Shown: in pieces, positions 36,283 to 46,622 of the stretch | Position numbering within the stretch: position 1 is the first letter of the stretch | How the letters are laid out: the number at the start of each line of letters is the position of its first letter | Source: Gammaproteobacteria bacterium | Lineage (GTDB): Bacteria; Pseudomonadota; Gammaproteobacteria; QZLD01 | Assembly (NCBI GenBank): GCA_004796365.1 | Contig: QZLE01000140.1 | Coordinates: 10,932-74,931 of the forward strand | Direction of reading: 5' to 3' | Length of the DNA: 64,000 nt | Notes under the pieces: model-generated | What the model was told of the DNA's origin: nothing | The model's database searches: none | Seen by the model: the letters and a program-made list of their open reading frames with translations, nothing else | Translations under genes and position numbers: made by a program

Positions 36283-36924
36283 GTGAACGAAATTCACACA
36301 GAAGACGAACAGGTCGAAGCTTTAAAGAAATGGTGGAAAGAAAATGGTACATCTGTAATTGTTGCTATAGCAGTTGCGCTTTCATCAGTAGCCGGTTACA
36401 AATACTGGCAAGGCCAAAAAATGCAAAGAGCCTGGAAAGCTTCAAATGAATATATGCATGTTTCAGATCAACTGCAAAAGACAGAGCTTGAAGAAGGTGA
36501 TATAAAGCGTGCAGAAGCATTATTAAAAGATCATGAAGGCACTGTATATGCCGATTTTACTGCTCTGCAACTTGCAAAAGTATCTGTTGAGAAAGGTGAT
36601 TATGATGCAGCGCTAGTTCAATTGAATAATGCCTTGGCTGCCGCTCAAAGCAAGCAACTAAAGCCAATTATTAACTATAGAATAGCTCAGGTGCAATTTG
36701 CTAAAGGTGAGCATGATAAAGCGATTACTACACTTACTGCAATTAAAGACAAAGGGCATGAAGCTCTTGTTTTAGAGTTGCAGGCAGATATTTATAGTGC
36801 AAAGGGTGACGCTGAAAAGGCGCTTTCATTATACAAGCAGGCTATGGGTGTTCTTGGTGAGGATGCAAATAAAAGCAAGACCCTGCAGCTGAAATACAAA
36901 AATGTTGGCGGAAAAGAATCCTAG
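36283..36924 (+). CDS. yfgM: YfgM-family membrane-anchored TPR-like protein
   Basis: GTG start with AAGGAG RBS. N-terminus EQVEALKKWWKENG plus a TM. Conserved hisS-yfgM-bamB position. Confidence 0.8.
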   Translation: MNEIHTEDEQVEALKKWWKENGTSVIVAIAVALSSVAGYKYWQGQKMQRAWKASNEYMHVSDQLQKTELEEGDIKRAEALLKDHEGTVYADFTALQLAKVSVEKGDYDAALVQLNNALAAAQSKQLKPIINYRIAQVQFAKGEHDKAITTLTAIKDKGHEALVLELQADIYSAKGDAEKALSLYKQAMGVLGEDANKSKTLQLKYKNVGGKES

Positions 36925-36953
36925 ATTTCTAATTCCGCATCAGATTTAAGATT

Positions 36954-36995
36954 AGCACCTGCCATTAAAATATTTAATAGCAGGTGCTTTTTTTG
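36954..36995 (+). terminator. Rho-independent terminator between yfgM and bamB
   Basis: AGCACCTGC-17 nt loop-GCAGGTGCT followed by T7. Confidence 0.75.
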
Positions 36996-37054
36996 AATTA
37001 TCCGTATTAAACGCTGACAAAATTGATGTAAAGTTTATTTTCAAAGAGATAGTT

Positions 37055-38224
37055 ATGAATAGATACCTTAAGTTTTTCTTTTCCTTGTATATAATTGTTG
37101 TTTTAAGTGGATGCAGTTGGTTTGACTCGAAGCCACAGTCAGCTGAACAACCAGCTAAATTATTGCCGCTGGAGAACAAAATCAATGCAGAAGTTGTAAA
37201 GAAGGTCTCTGTTGGAGGTGGTTCTGCATATGACTATGTAAAACTTGCTCCCTTTGTTTTAAATGATCATGTATTCGTTGCGTCACGTGATGGTAATGTC
37301 ATTGCCTATGATCTTAATTCCGGCAATCAGATATGGCAAGTTTCTCTTGAATCATCTTTTTCAGCCGGCCCGTACGCAACCGAAGATAAGGTTTATGTAT
37401 GTGATAGTGATGGAGAAATAACAGCTCTTGCTAGGGTTAGTGGAAAGCAGTTGTGGAAAGCAACTGTAAGTTCAGAAATATTGTCAAGAACAGTTGAATC
37501 GGATGGTTTTCTCATCGCAAGGACTGCAGATGGGAGTATTTTTGCCCTCAATTCAGAAACGGGAGAGCAAAAATGGGTATTTGATAAATCATTGCCTGTT
37601 TTAACCCTGCGTGGAACAGGGGATCCGGTCGTTGCCAACGGCATTGTCTATGCTGGCCTTGATAATGGTAAGCTTGTAGCTATCGATTTGATAAGCGGGT
37701 CAGCCGTATGGGAGCAGCAGGTTGCAATTGGACGTGGCAGATCGGAGGTTGAGAGAATAATAGACATTGATGGCACGCCCGAACTGCATGGTGGTAAAAT
37801 CTATCTTGCCAGTTACAGAGCAAAGCTGGGGGCTTACTCAGTGCGGGACGGACGTGAGTTTTGGTCTAGAGATTTGTCAAGCTATAGTGGTCCTGTAGTT
37901 GACACTATCGAAGACGGTAAATTTCTGTATTTAACTGATGATAGAAGTCATATCTGGGGCATTTCAGCAGATTCCGGGGCGTCACTTTGGAAGCAGGAGA
38001 GTCTTCAGGCGCGCAAAATTACTAAACCAGCTGTTTTTGGTAATTATATAGTTGTATCTGATTTCGAAGGATATCTTCATTTTCTAAATAAGAATACCGG
38101 TGAAATAATTGCAAGATTAGAAGTGTTCGATTCTGCCATACGCCAACAGGCTGTTATTTATAAAAACTACATATTGGTACAGAACGAAGAAGGGCAGGCC
38201 GCAGTTGTTACTGTTTCCCAGTAA
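37055..38224 (+). CDS. bamB: Outer-membrane protein assembly factor BamB
   Basis: Lipobox LSGCS, PQQ-like beta-propeller repeats (G.V.A.D..SG...W), and synteny. Confidence 0.9.
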   Translation: MNRYLKFFFSLYIIVVLSGCSWFDSKPQSAEQPAKLLPLENKINAEVVKKVSVGGGSAYDYVKLAPFVLNDHVFVASRDGNVIAYDLNSGNQIWQVSLESSFSAGPYATEDKVYVCDSDGEITALARVSGKQLWKATVSSEILSRTVESDGFLIARTADGSIFALNSETGEQKWVFDKSLPVLTLRGTGDPVVANGIVYAGLDNGKLVAIDLISGSAVWEQQVAIGRGRSEVERIIDIDGTPELHGGKIYLASYRAKLGAYSVRDGREFWSRDLSSYSGPVVDTIEDGKFLYLTDDRSHIWGISADSGASLWKQESLQARKITKPAVFGNYIVVSDFEGYLHFLNKNTGEIIARLEVFDSAIRQQAVIYKNYILVQNEEGQAAVVTVSQ

Positions 38225-38266
38225 AATGCTGTATGATTTGGCTCTTATTAGCTTAGGGTGGTATAC

Positions 38267-39046
38267 ATGTGTCTAATAGTTTTTGCTTATAAAGTCTATC
38301 CGGATAATGATCTCATTCTCTTAGCAAACAGGGATGAATTTTGCAGTAGAAATTTTAAATTAGCTCACGTTTGGGGCAAAAAACAGCGCGTCATTTCTGG
38401 AATTGATTTGACTGCAAATGGTACGTGGACCGGAATTACCGATTCAGGAAGGATGGCTGTAATCACTAATTTTCGAAGAGGTTTGAAAATAGATCTGGAG
38501 CGTAAGAGTAGGGGAAAGCTTGCGTCAAACTTTTTAGATTCCGAAGTTTCAGCACTTGATTACTTGGCAGAAGTTAGAAAAAGCAAGGGTGATTATAACG
38601 GCTTCAACCTACTTTTTGGTGATAGCAAAGATCTTATCTGGTACAGCAATGTTGAAGATTCGTATCAAGTTTTGACACCCGGAATATATGGCCTAAGTAA
38701 TAATTTGCTTGATGTTTCATGGCCAAAACTGGAAGAGGCAAAGTCAAAGCTAAATAATCTGCTTGATCAAGGAGTTGGTAACCCTGAACAGTTATTACCA
38801 ATCATGTTAAATAAAGAAAGATATCCGCAGTCAAAGTTGCCAGATACTGGCATTGATCCAGAGCTAGAGCATGCGCTTTCTCCTATTTTTGTAGATATAG
38901 ATAGCTATGGCACTGTGTTAACAACCCTTATCTACCTGTCAAAACATTCAGTTAAACTAATTGAATATAATCATCTTGATGGCAGCCAACAACTCTCAAG
39001 TTGTTTTTCTAGCAAATTATTCTCATTTGAAACTGGTTTAAACTAA
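38267..39046 (+). CDS. NRDE-family protein (TANGO2-like)
   Basis: Start chosen at MCLIVFA, since the family begins with Met-Cys. The literal NRDE motif is present (LLANRDEF). Confidence 0.8.
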   Translation: MCLIVFAYKVYPDNDLILLANRDEFCSRNFKLAHVWGKKQRVISGIDLTANGTWTGITDSGRMAVITNFRRGLKIDLERKSRGKLASNFLDSEVSALDYLAEVRKSKGDYNGFNLLFGDSKDLIWYSNVEDSYQVLTPGIYGLSNNLLDVSWPKLEEAKSKLNNLLDQGVGNPEQLLPIMLNKERYPQSKLPDTGIDPELEHALSPIFVDIDSYGTVLTTLIYLSKHSVKLIEYNHLDGSQQLSSCFSSKLFSFETGLN

Positions 39047-39248
39047 CCATATACCAGCTAAAATCATTTTATTATCAGATTTTGCTAATGCATTCTGCAA
39101 AAAATATTTAAATTAGGTCTAAAAACATCGAAATTTAACGAATAATCCGCTAAAGTTAGTGTTATAAACTTATAGTGCTTGTTATTTTTTATAAATATAA
39201 CTCAAGTGCACTAACCGCTAAATAAGTTGCATAGACCAGGAAGGTGAT

Positions 39249-40154
39249 ATGTTTGAAAAATATATGCCGTCAGAAGACGTCAGAAAACGTCTAGAACAGC
39301 TATATTCACTACCCCCAATGCCTCAGGTTGCATTGAGAATCTTGCAGATTAAGGATGATCCTGATGCTTCAGTTGAAGATTTAGCTGCATGCGTTGAGCT
39401 TGATCCTAGCTTAGCTGCGCAGGTTGTAAGATATGCACGCTCCCCATTTTTCGGATACAAAGGTGATATAAACACCATTCGGGATGCCATACATAAAGTA
39501 CTTGGCTTTAATATGGTTACCAATATATCTATTGGATTGGCATCCGGTAAAGGTTTTAAGAACCCGGTAGACGGTCCTTTAGGCCTTAACGAATTTTGGC
39601 GTCAGGCGACCTATACTTCGGCTATCGTTCAGGAATTAGCTAAAATAATGCCAAAAGATAGGAGGCCTAATCTAGGTCTTACATACCTTGCTGCTTTGTT
39701 GCACAACTTTGGTTATCTTTTGTTGGGGCATCTGTTTAAACCAGAATTCTTCTTGTTAAATAAACTAGTTAGTGCAAATCCTGAAGTGGCAGTTACTGAA
39801 CTGGAAAAGCAAGTTTTAGGCATGGGGGATGCACAACACGTAATTAGCCTTGGACACGCAAAGCTTGGTGCATGGCTTATGCATACCTGGAATTTACCCG
39901 AAGAGGTAGTTATCACTATAGGAGAGCATCATAATGCTGATTATGATGGTCCTCATGCTGTCTTTCCGGCTTTGGTTTTGGTTGCAGACAGGCTGGTTAA
40001 ATCGAAAGAATTTGGCGATGGTGAAAGCGATGAAATTCCTGAAAATGTATTAGAACGCCTAGGCATTACACAAGAGCAGGTGTTGGAAGTTTTTGAAAAA
40101 GTAATGAGTGGAAGCGATAGTCTCGATACTCTTGCTAGCCAGTTAGCCGCATAG
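39249..40154 (+). CDS. HDOD domain signalling protein
   Basis: HDOD hallmarks: PPMPQVALRILQI, LAALLHNFG, HAKLGAWLMHTWNLPE. Confidence 0.8.
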   Translation: MFEKYMPSEDVRKRLEQLYSLPPMPQVALRILQIKDDPDASVEDLAACVELDPSLAAQVVRYARSPFFGYKGDINTIRDAIHKVLGFNMVTNISIGLASGKGFKNPVDGPLGLNEFWRQATYTSAIVQELAKIMPKDRRPNLGLTYLAALLHNFGYLLLGHLFKPEFFLLNKLVSANPEVAVTELEKQVLGMGDAQHVISLGHAKLGAWLMHTWNLPEEVVITIGEHHNADYDGPHAVFPALVLVADRLVKSKEFGDGESDEIPENVLERLGITQEQVLEVFEKVMSGSDSLDTLASQLAA

Positions 40155-40272
40155 CATAGCCACATTCATTTTTTATGTTAGTTGCCTATAACTTATGTAA
40201 CTCTATTTTATTGCGAATTTCCTCTGCAGATGATAGTCTGCGGCTGGATTTTACGATTCAAAGAACCTTTAA

Positions 40273-40947
<675 letters not shown>

Positions 40948-40959
40948 TTTTATTACAAA

Positions 40960-41031
40960 CTGGATACCGGTCTCCGCCGGTATGATATGAATAAGCAAAC
41001 AACGCTGCCCCGGACTTGGTCCGGGATCCAG
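40960..41031. repeat. Composite REP/MITE-like palindromic element downstream of adk
   Basis: Two hairpins: ATACCGG-TCTCCG-CCGGTAT (40964-40983) and CCCGGA-CTTGG-TCCGGG (41009-41025). They are bounded by inverted termini CTGGATACCGG ... CCGGGATCCAG. Confidence 0.6.
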
Positions 41032-41107
41032 CAGTCATGAGTTTATTTTATGATTGGCGCGTTTCCCGCGTAATATGCCTGTTAACAAATATAAGCTGTA
41101 ATAAGTC

Positions 41108-42025
41108 ATGGAAGGCTTGCTAAACAAAGAAAACTACCAGCAGATTGAGGCGTTTATTAACGTCATTTTCATAGAATCAGGGCTAAGTAAAAACACCTGT
41201 GAATCATACAGGCGCGACTTGAAATCCTTTGCCATTTGGCATCAAAAAAACTTTAAAACACGTGGGCAAATATCTGGTGCTGATAACGGCGAGATTCTTC
41301 GCTTTCTTGGTTATAAAGCTGCCCAGGGAATTAGTAGCAGATCAATAGCTCGCAGCCTATCAACCTTGCGACGGTTTTATAAGTATCTTAAACTGCAAAA
41401 TACCATATCTATTGATCCTACACATCTTATTCAGGCTCCGAAAATTGGGCGTCCACTTCCAGAATCACTGACCGAAAATGATATCGACTTACTATTAAAG
41501 GCGCCAGATGTTGAAGAGCTACTTGGCCTTCGTGATAAAAGCATGATTGAATTGCTCTACGCTACTGGGCTTCGTGTTACTGAGTTAGTTGAACTGCGGA
41601 TGTCGCAGGTTAATCTCAACCAAGGTTTTTTAAAGATTATTGGTAAGGGTAACAAAGAAAGGCTTGTGCCTGCAGGTGATGAAGCTATTTTTTGGCTGAA
41701 AAAATATCTTCATAAAACTCGCCCCTTATTGGCAAAGAAAGTTGCTTCTGAAGTTGTGTATCTGTCGAAAAGAGGTGAAGGTATGACTCGTCAGGCTTTT
41801 TGGTATATTCTAAAGCGTAATGCCAAAGCTCAGGGTATAAAAAAACATTTGTCGCCTCATACTCTAAGACATTCATTTGCAACCCACCTGCTGAACCATG
41901 GGGCTGATCTCCGTGTGGTGCAGATGCTATTAGGTCATAGCGAACTTTCTACCACCCAGATTTATACTCATATAGCTCAGGCACGATTAAAACAGATCTT
42001 TTCTGAACACCATCCTCGTGGTTAG
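41108..42025 (+). CDS. xerD: Site-specific tyrosine recombinase XerD
   Basis: 305 aa with catalytic R...HTLRHSFATHLL...LGHSELSTTQIYTH and an XerD-like N-terminal SAM-like domain. No flanking mobile-element genes. Confidence 0.85.
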   Translation: MEGLLNKENYQQIEAFINVIFIESGLSKNTCESYRRDLKSFAIWHQKNFKTRGQISGADNGEILRFLGYKAAQGISSRSIARSLSTLRRFYKYLKLQNTISIDPTHLIQAPKIGRPLPESLTENDIDLLLKAPDVEELLGLRDKSMIELLYATGLRVTELVELRMSQVNLNQGFLKIIGKGNKERLVPAGDEAIFWLKKYLHKTRPLLAKKVASEVVYLSKRGEGMTRQAFWYILKRNAKAQGIKKHLSPHTLRHSFATHLLNHGADLRVVQMLLGHSELSTTQIYTHIAQARLKQIFSEHHPRG

Positions 42026-42051
42026 GTGTAGTGGTAGGTGTTATCGGGCAT

Positions 42052-42077
42052 AAAAAAAGCCCCTTTGAGGGGCTTTT
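42052..42077. terminator. Bidirectional rho-independent terminator (xerD / phasin)
   Basis: A7-GCCCCT-TTG-AGGGGC-T4 between the convergent genes. Confidence 0.9.
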
Positions 42078-42098
42078 CAAGACTGATAAGAGGTAAAA

Positions 42099-42491
42099 TT
42101 ACTTCTTAGAAATAGAGTCTTGTACTAGAGTGCCGATTTCAGTTTGAGCTTCTACTAGAAGGTCATAAACTTTTTGGCTGTTCTCTACTGCTTTTTTGCT
42201 AGAGTCAGAAGCGAAGTTCATTTGGCTCTCGATGAATTGTTCTGGCTTCTTAACGTCTGTAAGAGCTTTAAGTTGATTTAGGCTGCTTTCTAGTGTGTCG
42301 TTAGCGATGTCAGTAGAAAGACGGAAAATTTGCTCTGTGCGTGCTGAAACTGTTTCGTTGATTTTCAGAACAGAATCGATAGCATCTTTAGTAGCGTTTG
42401 TGATTTGGTTCATATCGAAGTTTTCTAGTTTAAATGCGTCTAGATTAAAAGAATCGATGTTGAACTTGTCAAAAATTGAATTGAAATCCAT
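42099..42491 (-). CDS. Phasin-family protein (PHA granule-associated)
   Basis: About 130 aa, with the Phasin_2-like pattern FDKFN...AIDSVLKINE...LKALTDVKKPEQFIE. Start set at the second ATG (GGAG RBS 9 nt upstream). Confidence 0.7.
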   Translation of the reverse strand: MDFNSIFDKFNIDSFNLDAFKLENFDMNQITNATKDAIDSVLKINETVSARTEQIFRLSTDIANDTLESSLNQLKALTDVKKPEQFIESQMNFASDSSKKAVENSQKVYDLLVEAQTEIGTLVQDSISKK

Positions 42492-42576
42492 AATTAAATC
42501 TCCAGTAATGTCCATAAGGATAAAGGATGTTACTCCACCAAGTTATGCAATTGCCAATTGCTAGATAGTCCGTACC

Positions 42577-42590
42577 TTGCTGCATTGCAA
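42577..42590. promoter_or_regulatory. TTGCTGCATTGCAA motif (TGC-N3-GCA palindrome) upstream of phasin
   Basis: Lies 86-99 nt upstream of the phasin start. The same 9-mer TGCATTGCA recurs at 42841-42849, and a GCAATTGC-CAATTGC tandem is at 42547-42561. Confidence 0.35.
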
Positions 42591-43013
42591 AATTCCATGA
42601 TCTAAGGTTATGAAATTATTTTTATAATGTCAAATATAAAAAAATGATAAATATATCACTCTAACTATATACTGAAGCTGAAATAACACTATAATAAAGC
42701 CGATATAACAAGTGTTCATAGTCACTTTATTGTGCAAAGCCGCATTTTAGCGGGGCTACTAAAAATTGAATACACTGTTATACATTGCGCTTTTTTACCT
42801 TGTTAAAAATTAATGTGGCATGAAAAAAAATTCAAAATATTGCATTGCAGCATAAATAAGTGCAATCTGCTGCAAGTATTTGTATGTGGGTTTTCTAAAT
42901 AATCTACAAGACAAACGCTGCAGAAAAAGCAAATTTGCTCCCAGATTTTGAATAAAGTTGACTAATATGTAGCCAATAATAATGCCAGCTGCCTTCTAAC
43001 ACATGTGTGAAGA

Positions 43014-43964
43014 CTAATATTTTAGCTCTAGAGATTGTATTATGGCATGGAAGCTATCGAGTCTTCTTTGTGTAATATTACCGCCTCTTATATCTTCCCT
43101 AACATTACATCCGGGTTCTTTCTTATGAAGGCAATTATTAAACTTGCACTTATGACTCGATTCCACTATTTCATCGAATCCGGATTGTATTTCATGCGGG
43201 CTAAGGTTCCACAGTCTAAAATTTCTTACCCCAGGTGAATCAATAATGTCTCCACCACAGTCAAGGTGGTAGAGGTTTGTAGATGTGGTGGTGTGCTTTC
43301 CTTCGAGGTGATAGCTTGATATTTCACCAATACGTATATCCAAATCAGGTATTAGCTGTTTTATTAAGGAAGACTTACCAACTCCTGATTGACCTACTAA
43401 TATACTGATATTTTTATTTAGCGCATTTCTCAGGGATTTCATGCCATCTTCTGCTTTGATACTTGTATAAATAACTTTTATACCTAGCTTGATATAAACA
43501 TCCATTTCATCATCATAGCTATCAGTATCGTCAACTAAGTCAATTTTATTGAGCAATATTACTGGTGATATTTTTAGCATTCTTGCGGCTACTATATAGC
43601 GATCGATTAATTCAAAATTAATCTCGGGTACTATTGCACTAACGATAATCAATTGATCGATATTTGCAGCAATGGACTTTAGCTTTCCACGTGAATCAGG
43701 GCGGGTAAGTGTAGAGCTTCTGGCTTGGATGCTTTGTATTATGCCTTCATTTTCATTTATAGGGTGAAATGTGACATTATCCCCGCATATAGTTCTGCCA
43801 ATCCCTTTTTTAGATTTGCAAAGGAAAGTATTATTATCGGTACTTTCAACAATAGCTTCTGAACGATGGCTTACTATTACTCTGCCTTTATAATGTTCAG
43901 TTGTAGGGCTGGTTGATTTTTGATTGGACATTGAATCATGGTGCTGATGAGTTATGTTGTTCAA
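43014..43964 (-). CDS. rsgA: Ribosome small-subunit-dependent GTPase A
   Basis: Circularly permuted GTPase: NKIDL then GQSGVGKSSLI. C-terminal zinc motif CKFNNCLHKKEPGC. Divergent from orn, as in E. coli. Confidence 0.95.
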   Translation of the reverse strand: MNNITHQHHDSMSNQKSTSPTTEHYKGRVIVSHRSEAIVESTDNNTFLCKSKKGIGRTICGDNVTFHPINENEGIIQSIQARSSTLTRPDSRGKLKSIAANIDQLIIVSAIVPEINFELIDRYIVAARMLKISPVILLNKIDLVDDTDSYDDEMDVYIKLGIKVIYTSIKAEDGMKSLRNALNKNISILVGQSGVGKSSLIKQLIPDLDIRIGEISSYHLEGKHTTTSTNLYHLDCGGDIIDSPGVRNFRLWNLSPHEIQSGFDEIVESSHKCKFNNCLHKKEPGCNVREDIRGGNITQRRLDSFHAIIQSLELKY

Positions 43965-44087
43965 TACGATAAAGAAAATAGATGCCTATTTCAAGCAGGC
44001 TTATGATTCTAAGTAACAATCAGCTATAATTTTTATATTATAAAAAGCCAAGCTTAATTATTTTATCTAATGTTAAAAGGAAATTTG

Positions 44088-44633
44088 ATGGAGAAGAGTG
44101 CTGATAATTTAATCTGGATCGATTTGGAGATGACAGGATTGGATCGAGAAAACGATAAAATTATAGAGATAGCAACAATTGTTACAGACCCCCAATTAAA
44201 AGAAATGATTGAAGGACCTACTATTGCAATTCATCAAGATGAATCAATTATGAACAATATGGATGAGTGGTGCACAGCACAGCATAAAAAGTCTGGCCTG
44301 ACTAAACGTGTTAAAGAGAGCACTTTTTCTGAGGCGGATGCCGAAAAGGCTACAATCGAATTTTTAGAGAAATATGTCCCTTCAGGTATATCTCCTATGT
44401 GTGGTAATAGCATTGGTCAGGATAGAGCCTTTATATTGCGCTGCATGCCCGACTTGGGAAAATTCTTCCACTATAGAAATATTGATGTTAGTACCCTTAA
44501 AGAGTTGGCTAAGCGCTGGGCGCCAGACGTGTATAAAGGTTTTACGAAAGAATCCAGCCATTTGGCAATGGATGATATTAAAGACTCAATTGCTGAGCTG
44601 AAATATTACCGCGAGTATATGCTTAAAATTTGA
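44088..44633 (+). CDS. orn: Oligoribonuclease
   Basis: [12 protein letters not shown] DEDDh exonuclease motif and about 181 aa. Start at MEKSADN (AAGGA RBS). Confidence 0.95.
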   Translation: MEKSADNLIWIDLEMTGLDRENDKIIEIATIVTDPQLKEMIEGPTIAIHQDESIMNNMDEWCTAQHKKSGLTKRVKESTFSEADAEKATIEFLEKYVPSGISPMCGNSIGQDRAFILRCMPDLGKFFHYRNIDVSTLKELAKRWAPDVYKGFTKESSHLAMDDIKDSIAELKYYREYMLKI

Positions 44634-44646
44634 TATTCGTTTATGA

Positions 44647-44669
44647 GTTCCCGCGCAGAGCGTGGGAAC
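44647..44669. repeat. REP-like hairpin GTTCCCGCG-CAGAG-CGTGGGAAC
   Basis: 9-bp stem (one G-U pair) between convergent orn and the EamA gene. Confidence 0.6.
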
Positions 44670-44699
44670 GACACCAAAACCCTCGCCATGCCATCAGCA

Positions 44700-45596
44700 T
44701 CAAATCTCTTCGATTTCCCCTTCCTGACTAAGTCTTTTCTTTTTTGCATTTGCCTTACTAGCAATGATCCCCGCGAAACAAACGACTAAGAATCCACAAC
44801 TTTTCGTTAAATCTATATGCTCATCCCACATCAACCATCCCCATCCAGTGCCAAACAGTACAATACTATATTGAAATGGGGCAACCTCGCCCGGAGGAGC
44901 TATAGAGTATCCTTTGGTTAAAAATAGTTGCCCAAAAGCTGCCAAAAATCCAGCAGCCATCATAGCCAATAAGTTCGTAAAGGTTAAAGGTTGCCAATAG
45001 ATAAATGCAGGTGTTGCAGAAATTAGAGTGCATAAAAATGTAAAGTAAAACACTACTCTTTCAGCTGGTTCAGTATCAGACATCTTGCGGATAGAAATCA
45101 TAGCCAGGCTTGCAAATATTGCAGCGAGAACACCTACTAAAGCACTTGGGTCAAAAATTCCTTTAGTCGGCTCCAGAACTATAATTATTCCGAATAAACC
45201 AAGCCCAACTGCAAAAAGTGAAATCAAATTAACTTTCTCCTTAAGGAATAGCAGTGCAAATACTGGCAAAAAGATCGGTGCTGAATAACTGAGCAATATT
45301 GCGTCAGCAAGAATTAGTTCTCCAATGGTCCAAAAAAAACAATACATTGCAGTGATTCCAGTGGCAGACCGGATTAAATGCATACCAAATCTATCCGTTT
45401 TAAGAGAGCATTTTTTTGTATATAGCAACCATGGGAGCAGAACTATTAGCGCAAAAAAGTTCCGCAAAAATACAATCATAGGTGTGTTTAGCTCGCTGGC
45501 AGCCAGTTTTAGCATTGCACTCATGCTGGAAAACAGAAAGAAGGCGATAATTAGGTATATAGCCCCTAGCAAAAGGTTGTTTTTTTTAATTGTCAT
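44700..45596 (-). CDS. EamA/DMT-family transporter
   Basis: 298 aa, about 10 hydrophobic helices and a duplicated EamA pattern. Confidence 0.85.
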   Translation of the reverse strand: MTIKKNNLLLGAIYLIIAFFLFSSMSAMLKLAASELNTPMIVFLRNFFALIVLLPWLLYTKKCSLKTDRFGMHLIRSATGITAMYCFFWTIGELILADAILLSYSAPIFLPVFALLFLKEKVNLISLFAVGLGLFGIIIVLEPTKGIFDPSALVGVLAAIFASLAMISIRKMSDTEPAERVVFYFTFLCTLISATPAFIYWQPLTFTNLLAMMAAGFLAAFGQLFLTKGYSIAPPGEVAPFQYSIVLFGTGWGWLMWDEHIDLTKSCGFLVVCFAGIIASKANAKKKRLSQEGEIEEI

Positions 45597-45716
45597 TATT
45601 AGAAAATAAAGCCTTACTATTATGGGTTAAATGATAAATATTGTTTATCATTGTCAAATATTCATATGAATGATGCAACAAAAAGGCATATAGCCGAAAT
45701 ACAAAAGGTGATTTAG

Positions 45717-46601
45717 TTGAAAACAGAATACAAGTGCCTTGAGTGCGCGTTAAGTGGTTATACAAGATTGGTCGAAAAACAAGATATACCAAAAGAAAAA
45801 AAGGATGATCTTGTTCGTTGGTTTTTCAGTTATATGTCAGGCATTGATTTATCTACGCCTGCGCCATTTATTGCCCGAGATATGCATGCGTATTTGCGTA
45901 AGGAGCTTAACTGTAACGATCTCTATGCTGAAGACAAACTTAACGATAATAATAAAATCATGAATATGCTTCCTGAATTCAAAGAGGCTGTAAAAAATGC
46001 TATACATCCTGAGATTGCGGCACTTAAGTTGGCTATTGCTGGGAATATAATTGATCTAGGTACAAATCATGGAATGGATCATTCTCAAGTTATATCTCAA
46101 GCTATCGCACGGGATTTAGCGGTGGATGATTCAGCACGGCTTTTAACAGCCATAAAGAATGCCTCAAATTTTATTTACCTTTGTGACAATGCTGGGGAGA
46201 TTGTCTTTGATAGGTTATTTCTTGATACCATTTCTGAACTAGGTATTTTGGATAAAAGTAACGTTGTTTTGGCGGTAAGAGGGGCGCCGATAATAAATGA
46301 TGTTACTCTTGAAGATGCAGAATATGTTGGCTTAACCAGGGACTATCATGTTATCTCCAACGGTGATCATGCACCGGGTACTTGTCTTAAATTTACCAGT
46401 GATGAGTTTAATGATGCATTTGCAAAGGCTGATTTTGTTATATCTAAAGGGCAAGGTAATTTTGAGTCATTATTTTCCAAGAAAGATAAACAGATATTCT
46501 TTATGCTGATCGCTAAATGTTCATTGGTTGCAGATCAAATAGGTGTAGATGTTGGGGACATGATCTGTAAATTGAATGACACTGATGCGGAAATTAATTA
46601 A
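45717..46601 (+). CDS. DUF89/ARMT1-like damage-control phosphatase family protein
   Basis: TTG start with AAGGTGA RBS, N-terminal CLEC, and conserved CDNAGE and SKGQGNFE motifs. Confidence 0.7.
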   Translation: MKTEYKCLECALSGYTRLVEKQDIPKEKKDDLVRWFFSYMSGIDLSTPAPFIARDMHAYLRKELNCNDLYAEDKLNDNNKIMNMLPEFKEAVKNAIHPEIAALKLAIAGNIIDLGTNHGMDHSQVISQAIARDLAVDDSARLLTAIKNASNFIYLCDNAGEIVFDRLFLDTISELGILDKSNVVLAVRGAPIINDVTLEDAEYVGLTRDYHVISNGDHAPGTCLKFTSDEFNDAFAKADFVISKGQGNFESLFSKKDKQIFFMLIAKCSLVADQIGVDVGDMICKLNDTDAEIN

Positions 46602-46622
46602 AAATTCTGTTAATCTTTCTTG

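Noticed and set aside
41108-42025. Tyrosine recombinase as a possible marker of an integrated mobile element.
   Set aside because: The sequence and length fit housekeeping XerD. No att-like repeats, tRNA target, phage genes or cargo genes flank it.
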